Virus record (IMG/VR): IMGVR_UViG_3300028887_000067
Span: 32,001 to 96,000 of that record
DNA from: a virus
Taxonomy: Duplodnaviria > Caudoviricetes
Length of the DNA: 64,000 bases
Direction: 5' to 3' (one strand)
Made by a program: the position numbers and the translations under genes. Shown piece by piece: positions 19,200-29,379 of the stretch; the stretch's first letter is position 1; each line of letters begins with the position of its first letter. The notes under the pieces are model-generated. The model searched no databases. It worked only from the letters and a program-made list of their open reading frames with translations, and had not been told where the DNA came from.

Positions 19200-22100
19200 C
19201 TACACAGAATGCGCGGCCAAATCGAAACTGACCTGCCCGATATGTTCAGCATCCTCCAAATATCTAAGATGGAATCGTGACTTGCTGTTGAATACATAGT
19301 CAATATCGAACGTTTCGTACGGCTTGGTCGTATCGGCGATCATCGTCCAAGACTTCACTGTAGAACCACTCAAGGAGACGACGCTGATCTCGAACGGAAC
19401 TAGCCAAATGTTCGATAAATATTTCGCGTGTCCCGAATTATCCTCGGCAGTATTATCGATCGAGACAACCAGCGACACGTCGGCTCCCTTGAACTGTCCG
19501 AGATTGATAAATCCATTGTTGCCGATAGAAAGATTCTCACCAGTAGAGCTGTCCGGAACCAGGTAATAGCTGTTCGGAACCAGGTCATCATTGGAAAGCT
19601 TCATAGTTGCCTTGACATATCCGGACTCGCCATGCGCCTCGAGACCATTCGGGCCCATGGTAATCGTCGTCCCGTCAACCTTCACGGCAAGTGCGCCGTT
19701 ATCGTCAACAACGACACTCTTGTTGTCGGTATGAACGGAAATCACACCATTATCAGATACAGAAACGGCTCCGCCACCAGCTCCATGACACACCGGGCAT
19801 TCATAACCCTTGTGGCCGTCACATCTGGTGCAAACCTCGTCGTCGGTACCCGGCTCAAGACCGGTACCACCACACCGCTCGCACGTGGCATAGCCAGTCC
19901 CGCCACAGAAACCACAATCGACATCGTGATCGCCCGCCGGATAGGGCAGTCGAACGGTTTCCCTCCCATTTGGATTATTCGGGTCAGGCCTGGTCGCAGG
20001 GATCCACGGACGACCGGGATCATCCGCAGTTCCGGCAGGAAGGTCGATGATAGGCTTCGTTGCAATACCCTGACCGCCGGAACCGCTTCCGGACGTGCCG
20101 CTGCCGGCAACGGACGGATCAGTCTGGATGGCGGTCGAGCCGTCCGTCGTAATCGCCTCCGGCTGACCGGTAACCGGATCAACAGAGTCGGTACCTACAA
20201 CCTCGACGGCATCATTCTCCACACCAGGCTTGTACTTGTTGAACTCGTCGCAGAACTCCGCCTTGGACATCACGGTCTTGTAGTAGCCGAAGCCCCACAC
20301 GTGACGCATACCGGCGATGTAACCCGGCTGTTCAGGAGTACCCTCGGCAAGCTCGTTCCGAACATCGTCATCCATGTCTTCACAAGTCAGACGCTCGTCA
20401 TTAGCACCTTCGGTGCCAGACGGATCCCACATACGGACAGCAAGTATAGACGTGGTGCATTTGATGCGCCACTGCGAGAAAAGCTTCTCGTCGGAATCAA
20501 GGTTATGCGAATAGTAAATCCGGTCGACGCCCGGACTATCGGGATCGATGTCGTAATACGAAAATTCCCACGTGTCATCGGTCAGCGCAAAAGAATTGAT
20601 AAATGTCCGAGAGTCAACAACTTCCTCATAAGGCGACTCGCAATGCACCTCGTTGCCGTCATCGTCGCACACAGGGGAAATTACGTCGACCTCGCCGGAG
20701 GCAATCACGCCTCCGTTGCGGGTAAACCAGGAATGCTCATTCACATCGACAAGGTTCTCCGTCGCAGCTCCCTTGACGTGCAAGTGATATACGTAGTAGT
20801 CCATCCCGCTCATAGCGGTGCCGGAACCGATGTACGCATAAAGGTGCCATCCGTTCGACTCGTGCCTCCAGAACTTAATCGTGAAGCCGTTAGCGTCGTT
20901 GCTGTTACCGTAGCTCTTGTCGGGCCGAATGCTGTAGAACTTCGGCAAGTCGCACATGGGGACGCCTTCGGGAGACTTCAGGCACTCTATGGCGCAACAA
21001 GGCATGTCCTGCACGAACTCCCTTATACCGACTCCGTTCTTCAACGAGAAATCCTCGTCAGACCTTACGCAGTCATCCTTGACCGGATCACCGGGCGTAC
21101 GGCCACGATTGCCAACCAGCGAATCCTCGATGCCTACGGTAACCCTGTACTCCGAAATACGCACCTGGTGGTCCTCGTTGTTCGGGACTACGGACGCGTC
21201 CGTACACATCAAGCGGACATTGCGCCGAAGATGCGTCATATAGCAGGACGGATTCAGGTAGTAATAGTCGATGTGGTATGTCTCGCCGCAGTTGCAGAAG
21301 TTGATGTTGTTCTGCGTGATAATCCGTCGCGACATGCCCACCTTGGTTCCATCGTTGGCATCCGGCGGGCCCATGAAAATCCAATCACCGCACGTAACCT
21401 TCCATATGCCGTTGTAGCCGTCCTTCTGATTGGACAGCAACAACGTGTCGCCGGGATGGACGCTGTACGTACATACAGTGCGAGACCCGCACTTGTACGG
21501 GACGTCGTCAGAACATACATAATCGACCTGGTCAGTAACCTTAGCGCCGAGGTCAATTACCACCGTGCCGTCAACGGCGCCCGGATGGGGCTTCGAATAG
21601 CAGTTGCTCGGGCACGAACTGGCATGGACGTCGTCAAGGCCACGCCATGCGCCGACCTCAACCACCCACAGGCCGTTCTCGTCAGGGTTGAACTGGTTAG
21701 AAAGCCACACTATGTCGCCCGCTTCGAGCTGCACCCCGTTGATATAACTCTCGCCGAAACGATACGAAAGATTCTTGTTAAGCTTCAGGCGAACCGGCAC
21801 GTAGCGATAGCCCGAACAGTCACCAAAAACCTTGATATACATCGTCTTGCCGAGCGTACCGGCGGCGGGATTCGGCACGCCATTCCCGTTCCTGTCGGTG
21901 GTGTCGTACACTAGCGACATATCACTCACGTCGAAACAATCACCGACACCGGTAAACTTCGCCGGCGTGCGCTCCCTCGCCTCAAGGTTATCGGCGTCGT
22001 ACTTATACCTTATGATGGCAAGGTCGCCGTAATCCTTGTTCAGAGCATCAAACCCGATGTGAATGTCGTACACGCCACATGCGTCGTTGCCATCCCCGTC

Positions 22101-22844
22101 GACGGAAAGCATCTTCGGATAAAGCGTAAATTTAGCCGTAGTCCCGTCGTCACCGAACACGATATCTGACGACGGAACGACATACTCGTCCTTCCCGTCC
22201 GTCAGGTAAACATTCATGCCGGAAACGAAATTCCTTCCGTGCAACACTATTTCGGCAGGCTCACCTATCCGGCTGGCGAGATTATCAACGTAGCCGATAT
22301 AAGGATAACTATCACGATAGTCACCCGACATAGCCGAACTGGCCGTTATGGACATCCTGACGTCGTTGTAGAACGGAACGTCGTCATCGTCGAAACCGGT
22401 CACGTAGAATGACACAGGAATCTTCCTAACCGTGTCGCCGTTCGCCTGAATCGGCGGGATTACAAGGGAAAGATTGGCGATATTGCCCGAGCCGACCGAA
22501 ACCGAGTCTACATCCACGTCGAACTCAATCTCGTACAGGCCTTCAGCAACCCGCTTAATCGAAACCCAGCCGGAATCCGTATCCTCGTGTTCGTAGAAAT
22601 CACCACGCTGTTCCTCGAGATCGGCATAAAAGTTGCGCATCCCAATACCGGCGACATCGAGCTGCAAAACAACGGCCCGGTCAGCACACTCGATATTTAC
22701 TGACGAAATATGACAGCTACGACGGGTAAAACCAGTCGCCGAAACGCTAGTCAGGCGATAACCCCCAGTAGGCAACACCACGATATCGGACGCGGTGTCT
22801 GAGAAGGGTATTGCGTAGTTGCTGAGCGTTATCGGACTTGACAT
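19200..22844 (-). CDS. Cys-rich multidomain virion/tail-associated protein (1214 aa)
   Basis: IPT/TIG-like 'IVLHGRNF'; two tail-fibre-type 'GD.V.LSNQ....NG.W.V..G.W' modules; four CxxCxG motifs. Confidence 0.55.
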   Translation of the reverse strand: MSSPITLSNYAIPFSDTASDIVVLPTGGYRLTSVSATGFTRRSCHISSVNIECADRAVVLQLDVAGIGMRNFYADLEEQRGDFYEHEDTDSGWVSIKRVAEGLYEIEFDVDVDSVSVGSGNIANLSLVIPPIQANGDTVRKIPVSFYVTGFDDDDVPFYNDVRMSITASSAMSGDYRDSYPYIGYVDNLASRIGEPAEIVLHGRNFVSGMNVYLTDGKDEYVVPSSDIVFGDDGTTAKFTLYPKMLSVDGDGNDACGVYDIHIGFDALNKDYGDLAIIRYKYDADNLEARERTPAKFTGVGDCFDVSDMSLVYDTTDRNGNGVPNPAAGTLGKTMYIKVFGDCSGYRYVPVRLKLNKNLSYRFGESYINGVQLEAGDIVWLSNQFNPDENGLWVVEVGAWRGLDDVHASSCPSNCYSKPHPGAVDGTVVIDLGAKVTDQVDYVCSDDVPYKCGSRTVCTYSVHPGDTLLLSNQKDGYNGIWKVTCGDWIFMGPPDANDGTKVGMSRRIITQNNINFCNCGETYHIDYYYLNPSCYMTHLRRNVRLMCTDASVVPNNEDHQVRISEYRVTVGIEDSLVGNRGRTPGDPVKDDCVRSDEDFSLKNGVGIREFVQDMPCCAIECLKSPEGVPMCDLPKFYSIRPDKSYGNSNDANGFTIKFWRHESNGWHLYAYIGSGTAMSGMDYYVYHLHVKGAATENLVDVNEHSWFTRNGGVIASGEVDVISPVCDDDGNEVHCESPYEEVVDSRTFINSFALTDDTWEFSYYDIDPDSPGVDRIYYSHNLDSDEKLFSQWRIKCTTSILAVRMWDPSGTEGANDERLTCEDMDDDVRNELAEGTPEQPGYIAGMRHVWGFGYYKTVMSKAEFCDEFNKYKPGVENDAVEVVGTDSVDPVTGQPEAITTDGSTAIQTDPSVAGSGTSGSGSGGQGIATKPIIDLPAGTADDPGRPWIPATRPDPNNPNGRETVRLPYPAGDHDVDCGFCGGTGYATCERCGGTGLEPGTDDEVCTRCDGHKGYECPVCHGAGGGAVSVSDNGVISVHTDNKSVVVDDNGALAVKVDGTTITMGPNGLEAHGESGYVKATMKLSNDDLVPNSYYLVPDSSTGENLSIGNNGFINLGQFKGADVSLVVSIDNTAEDNSGHAKYLSNIWLVPFEISVVSLSGSTVKSWTMIADTTKPYETFDIDYVFNSKSRFHLRYLEDAEHIGQVSFDLAAHSV

Positions 22845-22848
22845 ATTT

Positions 22849-23385
22849 CTATCCTAGTGTTTTGATTACATCTTTGTACAAATTCAGGTACTTGGACAGC
22901 GACCGTGCGAGCTTGGAATTCTTGACGCTCTGCGCTTCTTTCGCACGCTCAACGGGAATCCAGTCCTCCGGATTGTCGATAGCGTCAATCACCTTCGTCA
23001 GGAGGAACATGAACTCGTTCAGGTTCTCCGTCTTGGACGCCTGCGTCTGTTCAGATGTGCCGTTGATGTTCTCAACAATCTGCGACATCTTCTCCAAGTT
23101 AGACTCGGCGTCCACGCTGGTCGGGCCAGCCTTTACCTTGTTGTTAGCCTCGACCCACGCCTTCAAGTTCTTGTTGTAAGCGGAACGGAACTCGGCGGAT
23201 CCATCCTGTGGCTGTGCCACCTGCATCTGCGGGTAGAACCCGTTCTGCGTATACACCTGTTGCGGAGGAGGCTGCTGGTACGCCGGCTGTTGCGGCGCCA
23301 TGTTTGGGTACTGCTGGTACGCCGGCTGTTGCTGAGGGGGCGGTTGCTGTCCCCTCGGCGCAAATGTGTAGTTCTGCTGTGCCAT
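22849..23385 (-). CDS. Q/P-rich hypothetical late protein (178 aa)
   Basis: Repeated QQPAYQQ; GAGGA RBS; GATAAACT at 23400-23407. Confidence 0.65.
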   Translation of the reverse strand: MAQQNYTFAPRGQQPPPQQQPAYQQYPNMAPQQPAYQQPPPQQVYTQNGFYPQMQVAQPQDGSAEFRSAYNKNLKAWVEANNKVKAGPTSVDAESNLEKMSQIVENINGTSEQTQASKTENLNEFMFLLTKVIDAIDNPEDWIPVERAKEAQSVKNSKLARSLSKYLNLYKDVIKTLG

Positions 23386-23488
23386 AAATCCTCTTTCCTA
23401 GTTTATCAACTGGATACGTGCTCCCCGCTAAATTACATCAAAAAGGCGGGACGCCGTCGCGCCCCGCCCGTTTGGCTTTGGGGTTGAT

Positions 23489-24328
23489 TTAGGAGAACTT
23501 CGTGAAGTTTTTGAGCTGGGCAAGCGCCTCGGCGACGTCTTTTTCGTCCGAACCGGCTACGCCGTCAAGCGACTCGAAACTGACGTTACCCGTCGGAATC
23601 GTACTGCGCTGCGGGGAAAGACCCTTGCCGAGACTCTCAAAACGGCTCTCGACCTTGGCCGGCTTGCTCGGCTTGGTCTCCATATCGAGCTCGTGCGTGA
23701 TTTCCTTCAGGGCGTTCTCCACGCTGTTCATGTTCAGGTCGCCGTCGGCCTCCGGGTCGATGTCGAGCATGAACACGTCGTTGGAATCACCGGATATGAA
23801 CTTAGCGATGGACTCCTTCGTGATATCGCGCACGTCTACGGTCGGTTGCATAAAATGCTTCAGGACCCGCTGTACCTCGTCGGGCTTCATGCCCTGAACC
23901 TGGCACATGATGAAATTCTTCTTCTCCAGCTCGTTAAGACGCTGATGGCTCTTGTTGAGCTCCTGGTAAGCCTGATGCAGCTTTTCCTCCGCGTCCTTGT
24001 TAGCCCGCTGGGCGTCGCCGAGCTCCTCGCTGTAGGAAATGCCGGCACTCTCCAGACAGGCGTGTATCGCCTTCACCACCCGGTAAAGCTTTCCGTCAAT
24101 CGCATTGCTCTTGTACTTCTCGACGGTCTGGGCGACCGCCTCGCCGATCATCTTGTCGGCCCGGTCAGTCACGCAGGCCAACATCTTCTCGACTTGCTTG
24201 CGCTGTTTCGCGCTGTCGGACTCGACCGCCGAAGCAAGTTCCGCACGATAGGCGGATTCGAGCTTGCTTACTATCTCCGGGGAAAGCTGCGAAAGCTCCG
24301 ACTCGGTCAATACCTTCGAAAGATCCAT
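23489..24328 (-). CDS. gp22: Prohead scaffold/core protein gp22-like
   Basis: Coiled-coil with many xxES sites, 'LSPEIVSKLESAY', directly after the prohead protease. Confidence 0.7.
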   Translation of the reverse strand: MDLSKVLTESELSQLSPEIVSKLESAYRAELASAVESDSAKQRKQVEKMLACVTDRADKMIGEAVAQTVEKYKSNAIDGKLYRVVKAIHACLESAGISYSEELGDAQRANKDAEEKLHQAYQELNKSHQRLNELEKKNFIMCQVQGMKPDEVQRVLKHFMQPTVDVRDITKESIAKFISGDSNDVFMLDIDPEADGDLNMNSVENALKEITHELDMETKPSKPAKVESRFESLGKGLSPQRSTIPTGNVSFESLDGVAGSDEKDVAEALAQLKNFTKFS

Positions 24329-24329
24329 C

Positions 24330-25085
24330 TTACACTCCTTGGCGCAACACAGAAATTAGCGCATTCTTGTTGTACAAACCATAGGCGATTTCCAGTTTGC
24401 CATAATCACGGGCGATAGCACGTCCGTAACTGCCCATAACGCGCTCGATGGACTCAAGCAAAGGCTTGCGGCTGGAGCCGACGGACTCGGTAAGTCCCTT
24501 GCGCTTGGTCGGGGCGACACTTTCCGTACGGCTATTGAATATGGCGGCCTGCCCGTAGGACGGGTTACCAACCACGTCAATCGTAATCATAGTGTAATCG
24601 TCGCCGATTTCCTCGTGGTCGCCGACCGTAACGGTCGAACCTGCACCGCGAAGCGAGAAACCAGGATGGTAACCGCCACGGATGAGCCCGGCAAGCGTCT
24701 TTCCGGCAGGAGTCTCCTCCAGAACGACCATGCGGACCATAAGCTTGTTGCCCTCCATGTGCATCTCCTCGATGAGGGCGCACACCTTCTCAAGGTTCAT
24801 CTCGAAAATCGGATAGTCCTTGGCATCGCCGTTGGAATCAAGACGAGGATGGTTGAGCTCGGCCGCAAGACGGCCACGAGACACCATCTCTTTCATAAGA
24901 CGATTCATCTCACGCTCGATAATGGGTTGCGAATAGGAACGATTGTTGATACCCGGAACATCACAGATAATGCCGATACCCTCAATGATCAGTCGCTTAA
25001 CGCCGACCCCGAACTCGTCAGTCCGGTCCACCAGCCTCGCGGTGGAACTCTCCACGAATATGTCACCTACAAGATGCTGCATCAT
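24330..25085 (-). CDS. gp21: Prohead protease gp21-like
   Basis: 'NNRSY...AAELNHP...TPAGK...GFSLRGAGS...IDVVGNPS' are T4 gp21 catalytic H/S/D motifs. Confidence 0.9.
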   Translation of the reverse strand: MMQHLVGDIFVESSTARLVDRTDEFGVGVKRLIIEGIGIICDVPGINNRSYSQPIIEREMNRLMKEMVSRGRLAAELNHPRLDSNGDAKDYPIFEMNLEKVCALIEEMHMEGNKLMVRMVVLEETPAGKTLAGLIRGGYHPGFSLRGAGSTVTVGDHEEIGDDYTMITIDVVGNPSYGQAAIFNSRTESVAPTKRKGLTESVGSSRKPLLESIERVMGSYGRAIARDYGKLEIAYGLYNKNALISVLRQGV

Positions 25086-25249
25086 ACCGACTTCCCCCCA
25101 TTGCCGATGGATTCCATTATGGCCGTAGACGCCCGATCGAGCTCCCGGCCCATGGCCGACTCGATATACGACGTGACAATCCGCTTGACAGCGCCCTTGT
25201 CATCATTCAAAATCCCAGACAATAGCGTCTTTGCGTCCTTCTGGTCCAT
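25082..25249 (-). CDS. Small prohead core protein (gp67/68-like position); start corrected
   Basis: 55 aa, YIES and IMES sites, overlaps gp21 start; TATAAACT at 25276-25283. Confidence 0.55.
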   Translation of the reverse strand: MDQKDAKTLLSGILNDDKGAVKRIVTSYIESAMGRELDRASTAIMESIGNGGKSV

Positions 25250-25330
25250 TTCCCTGTCCATCTCGGTTACTCTGCAGTTTATATAGGGGCACAAATCCTG
25301 AAAAACGGCACCCCGACCTGCCATAGACAT

Positions 25331-25361
25331 AAAAAAGGTGGTAGATCACTCTACCACCTTT
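25331..25361 (-). terminator. Terminator downstream of the homing endonuclease
   Basis: AAAGGTGGTAGA-TCAC-TCTACCACCTTT hairpin with U-tract on the minus strand. Confidence 0.8.
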
Positions 25362-25387
25362 CGAGCCCGTGTTCAATAGGCCTAAGT

Positions 25388-26974
25388 TCAATCCGGACGC
25401 TTATAGACGTATTTATAGTTGCCACAATCATAAATACGGTAGATATGACGCTCAAACATAATTTCGTGTTCGGTCTTGGTTGCATCAAACCCAGCTTCAA
25501 CCAGCTTGTGCTTCTGATATTGCATTCTGTTAGCCAAAGAGTCGCCTACGACATAGTAATACGACGGCTCGGTAACACCTTCAAGCGTAAATCCAATTTT
25601 TTCATAGAACGCACCGTTACCGGACCAGCGACGGTCAGCAAAACTGACAACACTCTCCGGATTATGATCTATCAGATAATGAGTAAATAACTTACTGGCA
25701 CCGCCTACGACAGAAACATCGGGGACGGTACAATACCGTAACAATTCCATCACGTCCTTGGAATATCTTCCTGGGCCAAACGTCATCAACGCAACCAAAT
25801 CGGTTCCATTGTACAGGCCATAACGGTGCGTCGAACCGACACACGCTCCCTGAATATGATACTTATCCAAAAATGCGTTGGACGTATCGAAATCGACAAG
25901 CTTAACCTCACAAGTTCTTGCATAAATTTTGCGACGTACTGCACCCAATATAATAGCTAGACGCGCCTTAACGATGTCTTGCTTGTACTCCCATTCATTA
26001 GAAAATATATGGATCAGATGATAACCAGCTTTTTCGGCTAATTCGGTCTTCATCAAATGATAATCATTAGGACGGTACAATTCGTTATGCCAATGAATTC
26101 CGTCGTACTCTATAATCAATTTCTTAGACTCAACCACGATGTCGGCTCCATAGACACCCATGAAAGCTCGATCATAGTGTTCCGTGGTAAAGCCCAAGCT
26201 CTCAACATATTTACGTAGGTTATCCTCCGCGATAGAAGACCAAGCATCCTTCGGCTTACAATGCGAGCACGGCGTACAACCGAGATTATCCCGGTTCTTG
26301 ATATACAAATCTTGCTCCGTCATCGTCTCGCCACAAACATTGCACTTAAACGTGATTTCCTTCTTGTTACCGAACTCAATCAGTTCGCAGTTGTATTTTG
26401 AAAGAAGTTCGGTATACCCATTTATAGCAGCTTCACGATTTTTGCAGAAGTAATAAGGTACACCGATTCGTTTCATATTAGCGGCTTGCAACTTCTGCTG
26501 GAACTCCGGCAATTCTATATAAGATTTGACTCCATACCGCTCCATATTGGATGTATGGTACTTATTAACAAAATCCTTGTGCTGCGAATAGAACTCGACT
26601 CCATGACGCTCGACCATCGTAGCCTTTCGCGTTTCCAGTATCTTTTGATTATACTCGCCGTTGGATTCTTCATTCAGCTTTGTAACAGTTTCTTGGCGAG
26701 CCGCTGTCTTATGAGCGTTACGTTCTGAATCCTTTGCGATATGTTGAGCAGCACACCTCTTAGAGCAAAATTCTTTATAGCCTTGGCCAATCGACCGAAA
26801 ACTGGTAGGTTTACCACATTCGGCGCACTTACCCTCACCCGGCTTAGCGAGATACTGGTCATAGTATTGCTGGGGGTTTAAGCCGTGAGTTTTCCAAAGG
26901 TGTGTTCCCAAAGAACACGCCTTCTCGTATTCGACTATTTTTCCAGACCGTTCACAAATAAGACATCTATGCAT
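25388..26974 (-). CDS. Free-standing homing endonuclease-like protein (Zn-finger, ERYGV repeats, Vsr/PD-(D/E)xK nuclease, C-terminal GNAT-like domain)
   Basis: 'ADIVVESKKLIIEYDGIHWH', 'YARTCEV...HIQG...GGASKLF...FADRRWS'; visibly more AT-rich than neighbours; has its own promoter and terminator. Confidence 0.75.
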   Translation of the reverse strand: MHRCLICERSGKIVEYEKACSLGTHLWKTHGLNPQQYYDQYLAKPGEGKCAECGKPTSFRSIGQGYKEFCSKRCAAQHIAKDSERNAHKTAARQETVTKLNEESNGEYNQKILETRKATMVERHGVEFYSQHKDFVNKYHTSNMERYGVKSYIELPEFQQKLQAANMKRIGVPYYFCKNREAAINGYTELLSKYNCELIEFGNKKEITFKCNVCGETMTEQDLYIKNRDNLGCTPCSHCKPKDAWSSIAEDNLRKYVESLGFTTEHYDRAFMGVYGADIVVESKKLIIEYDGIHWHNELYRPNDYHLMKTELAEKAGYHLIHIFSNEWEYKQDIVKARLAIILGAVRRKIYARTCEVKLVDFDTSNAFLDKYHIQGACVGSTHRYGLYNGTDLVALMTFGPGRYSKDVMELLRYCTVPDVSVVGGASKLFTHYLIDHNPESVVSFADRRWSGNGAFYEKIGFTLEGVTEPSYYYVVGDSLANRMQYQKHKLVEAGFDATKTEHEIMFERHIYRIYDCGNYKYVYKRPD

Positions 26975-26981
26975 GATTTAA

Positions 26982-27010
26982 AATATAATAAACCCCATTC
27001 TAAAAAGCAA
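26982..27010 (-). promoter_or_regulatory. Sigma70-type promoter TTGCTT-N17-TATATT, probably giving a leaderless mRNA
   Basis: -10 element ends 7 nt before ATG 26974. Confidence 0.6.
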
Positions 27011-27088
27011 CCCAAAAATGATGATTTTAGAGTTTTTATAACAAGTAAACATTTACTGCAAGAATACGGGTCAGAACTTAAAATTTAC

Positions 27089-27118
27089 AAAAACGGCGGT
27101 GAATCGCTCCACCGCCGT
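27089..27118 (-). terminator. Terminator after the major capsid gene
   Basis: ACGGCGGTG...CACCGCCGT stem followed by a U-tract on the minus strand. Confidence 0.75.
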
Positions 27119-27149
27119 CACCTAACTAAGGAGCTAAGCTAGATCAACC

Positions 27150-28652
27150 TTACCAGTTGTTGTTCTCGAAGGAGAGACCGCCGGCAACGTTGACATTGCC
27201 ATCCAGAGAGCCCGGAACAGTCTCGTAAGAGAGACCAGGCTGCAGAGAGGCACCGCCAACAGAACCATTGGACTGCCACGGGTTGTTCTCAAGGTCGATA
27301 CCAGTGATCACGCTCGACACGTTCTTGAAGTGAATCAAGCGGTAGAACTGACCGGCACCGAGCAAGTTAGCCACGATGGCATAACGGCTCTTGACAATGA
27401 GACGCGGAGAACCATCTTCCTGACCAGCGGTCTTGCAGAAGATGTAAGGGATGTAAGGCATCATGATGATACCAGATTCACCCTGGCGCGGACCCTTATA
27501 ACCAATCAAGGCATAAGAGGCATTGGCGTAGATGTCCTGATAGAGCTTGATGTTGCCATTCAAGAGGCTACCAGCATCAGCCACACCGCCAGCGGGCTGG
27601 ACAGCGGCATCGGTCTGGAGGTAGGTCGGAGTGTAGATACCGTTGTTAAGGGTAGCCACAGCAGCGGCGATGTCCGGAGACACGATAGCGAAGTTACCGC
27701 AACCCATACGAGTCGTGAGAGCAATCTTGCGGGAGACTGCGATCATGGTGTTCACGATACCACCAGCGATGCGTTCAGCAGCCCAGCGACCCATACCGGC
27801 ATTGAGGCGGTTCGGATCAGCGAGGTCCATGTCGATCGGCTTTTCACCACCGAGGGACGGAGTCTGAGCAACAATCACCATGGCCATGAGGATTTCACGG
27901 TCGATGTTCTGCTGAATCTCAAACTGGAGACCTTCGAGGAGAAGAGCTTCAACGTCCTGGCCGTGAGCGGAGGCCATGTCCTGCTGAAGTTCGATAGTGT
28001 AGTGAGACTTGATGGCACGAGTACCAACCTTGATGGCACCAGAGATCACCTTGATCGAGGCTTTCTTGATGTTGAAGGAGTAAGCACCATACTGGTCGTC
28101 ACCGGCGACATAAGAGCCACCGAAGTTGTTGTAGAGCTGACCCGGTTCGCTAGGATCGAACTTGTTGCCCGTAGCGGAAGCACCAGTTACACCGGTACCT
28201 TCGGAGTAGTTGGACAGCATTTCGCCAGCGCCAGTGGACCACGGGTTGAACGTGCCAGCGAAGCCGGTATGGTCAGCGACGAGGTCGTAGCCAATTTCCT
28301 GCTTCTGACCGAAACGGAATTCCGTAGTCTTGGTCGGTTCGTTATCGTACAGATAACGGAGGGCAAAATAGATACCCATTGGAGTCGTAGTCGGGATAAC
28401 GGCCACGGTCTTCATCGCGAGCAGTTCAGGGAACTGACGGCGAATCATCGGGAGGGCGTACTGCTGATACTGTGCAACATCAGCAGAGATGTTGGCGGCT
28501 TCCGCGAGGACGCCACGGTTGACCTTGTTCTGGTTTTCGAGCAAGGTAGCAATAGTGCTGGCTTCTGCGCGGGTACGCATGGCCGGACCGAGGTCGGACT
28601 CAAGCACGGACTGCCACTTGCGGGTGAGATTCTTCTTCTGAAGTGTCTGCAT
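27150..28652 (-). CDS. gp23: Major capsid protein gp23-like
   Basis: 'KWQSVLES...TLLENQ...MIRRQFPEL...YTIELQQDM..HGQD.E...IDREI...PYIP...KSRY' are T4 gp23 family motifs. Confidence 0.95.
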   Translation of the reverse strand: MQTLQKKNLTRKWQSVLESDLGPAMRTRAEASTIATLLENQNKVNRGVLAEAANISADVAQYQQYALPMIRRQFPELLAMKTVAVIPTTTPMGIYFALRYLYDNEPTKTTEFRFGQKQEIGYDLVADHTGFAGTFNPWSTGAGEMLSNYSEGTGVTGASATGNKFDPSEPGQLYNNFGGSYVAGDDQYGAYSFNIKKASIKVISGAIKVGTRAIKSHYTIELQQDMASAHGQDVEALLLEGLQFEIQQNIDREILMAMVIVAQTPSLGGEKPIDMDLADPNRLNAGMGRWAAERIAGGIVNTMIAVSRKIALTTRMGCGNFAIVSPDIAAAVATLNNGIYTPTYLQTDAAVQPAGGVADAGSLLNGNIKLYQDIYANASYALIGYKGPRQGESGIIMMPYIPYIFCKTAGQEDGSPRLIVKSRYAIVANLLGAGQFYRLIHFKNVSSVITGIDLENNPWQSNGSVGGASLQPGLSYETVPGSLDGNVNVAGGLSFENNNW

Positions 28653-28814
28653 AGTGTTACCTGCTGGTTAGGCCTTTTCGGCAGCACTATGCTGCGTGAA
28701 GGCACATTGACTTTACCTCTCCACAGCGGTCAGCTGCTTGAAGGCTTCATGTCAGAATGTTTAGCAGGCACGAAAAAACACCCCAAAAAGGGTGCCAAAA
28801 CCTACATTGAAATG

Positions 28815-28836
28815 AAAAAAGCGGTCATTCGACCGC
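28815..28836 (-). terminator. Intrinsic terminator
   Basis: GCGGTC-GAAT-GACCGC followed by T6 on the minus strand. Confidence 0.65.
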
Positions 28837-28861
28837 CCTGAGACTATTTTCGGCGCCAAAA

Positions 28862-29320
28862 CTAGAAACGCTGCCCGACGGGCACGAAGTTGATATTGAA
28901 CCACGGATCGGACTTCCCGTTGTCCTCCAGACGGACCTCGATGCAGGGTTCGAATATGGTAATAAGGGACGGGTTGGTGCTCCGCAGCTTGTAAACGGCG
29001 GTTTCCATCCATTCGTCCCGATAAGCTTCGCACCCCTCGAAGACCGTGAACTGCGTCAAAGTCTTCCCGCACCAGTCCACGACGTGCAGTTTCGCAAGGG
29101 TCTCCATGATGCGGGAAAGGTTAATGGAAAGAGAACCACCCTTGACTGGTGTGTCATCGTCGTCAACTAAGCCAAGTATGGCGCACATATCGGCGACGTC
29201 GTCGGTATTGAATGCTATGAGGGACTCTTCAATTATCTCGTGCCACTTGTTCCAATCGAGATGGGTATCGAGCACGAGTTCCCTTTTGTCGGTATCGGGC
29301 AGTGTATCTTTTTTGGCCAT
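28862..29320 (-). CDS. Hypothetical protein (about 152 aa)
   Basis: ORF between portal and capsid genes, flanked by terminators. Confidence 0.6.
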   Translation of the reverse strand: MAKKDTLPDTDKRELVLDTHLDWNKWHEIIEESLIAFNTDDVADMCAILGLVDDDDTPVKGGSLSINLSRIMETLAKLHVVDWCGKTLTQFTVFEGCEAYRDEWMETAVYKLRSTNPSLITIFEPCIEVRLEDNGKSDPWFNINFVPVGQRF

Positions 29321-29351
29321 ATCCAAGAAATTAGTTCATTTTCGGAACAAG

Positions 29352-29376
29352 AAAGGCGGCCGATAGGCCGCCGTTT
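29352..29376 (-). terminator. Terminator after portal gene
   Basis: GGCGGCC-GATA-GGCCGCC hairpin. Confidence 0.65.
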
Positions 29377-29379
29377 CCG

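Noticed and set aside
19428-21914. Long antisense ORFs (also 15451-16791, 27330-28841, 34984-36237, 48777-50141, 59670-60899)
   Set aside because: Shadows of well-supported genes on the opposite strand, expected from GC-rich codon bias; no recognisable motifs.
28862-29320. Possible gp25-like baseplate protein
   Set aside because: Only a short 'FEP.IEV' resemblance; insufficient support.
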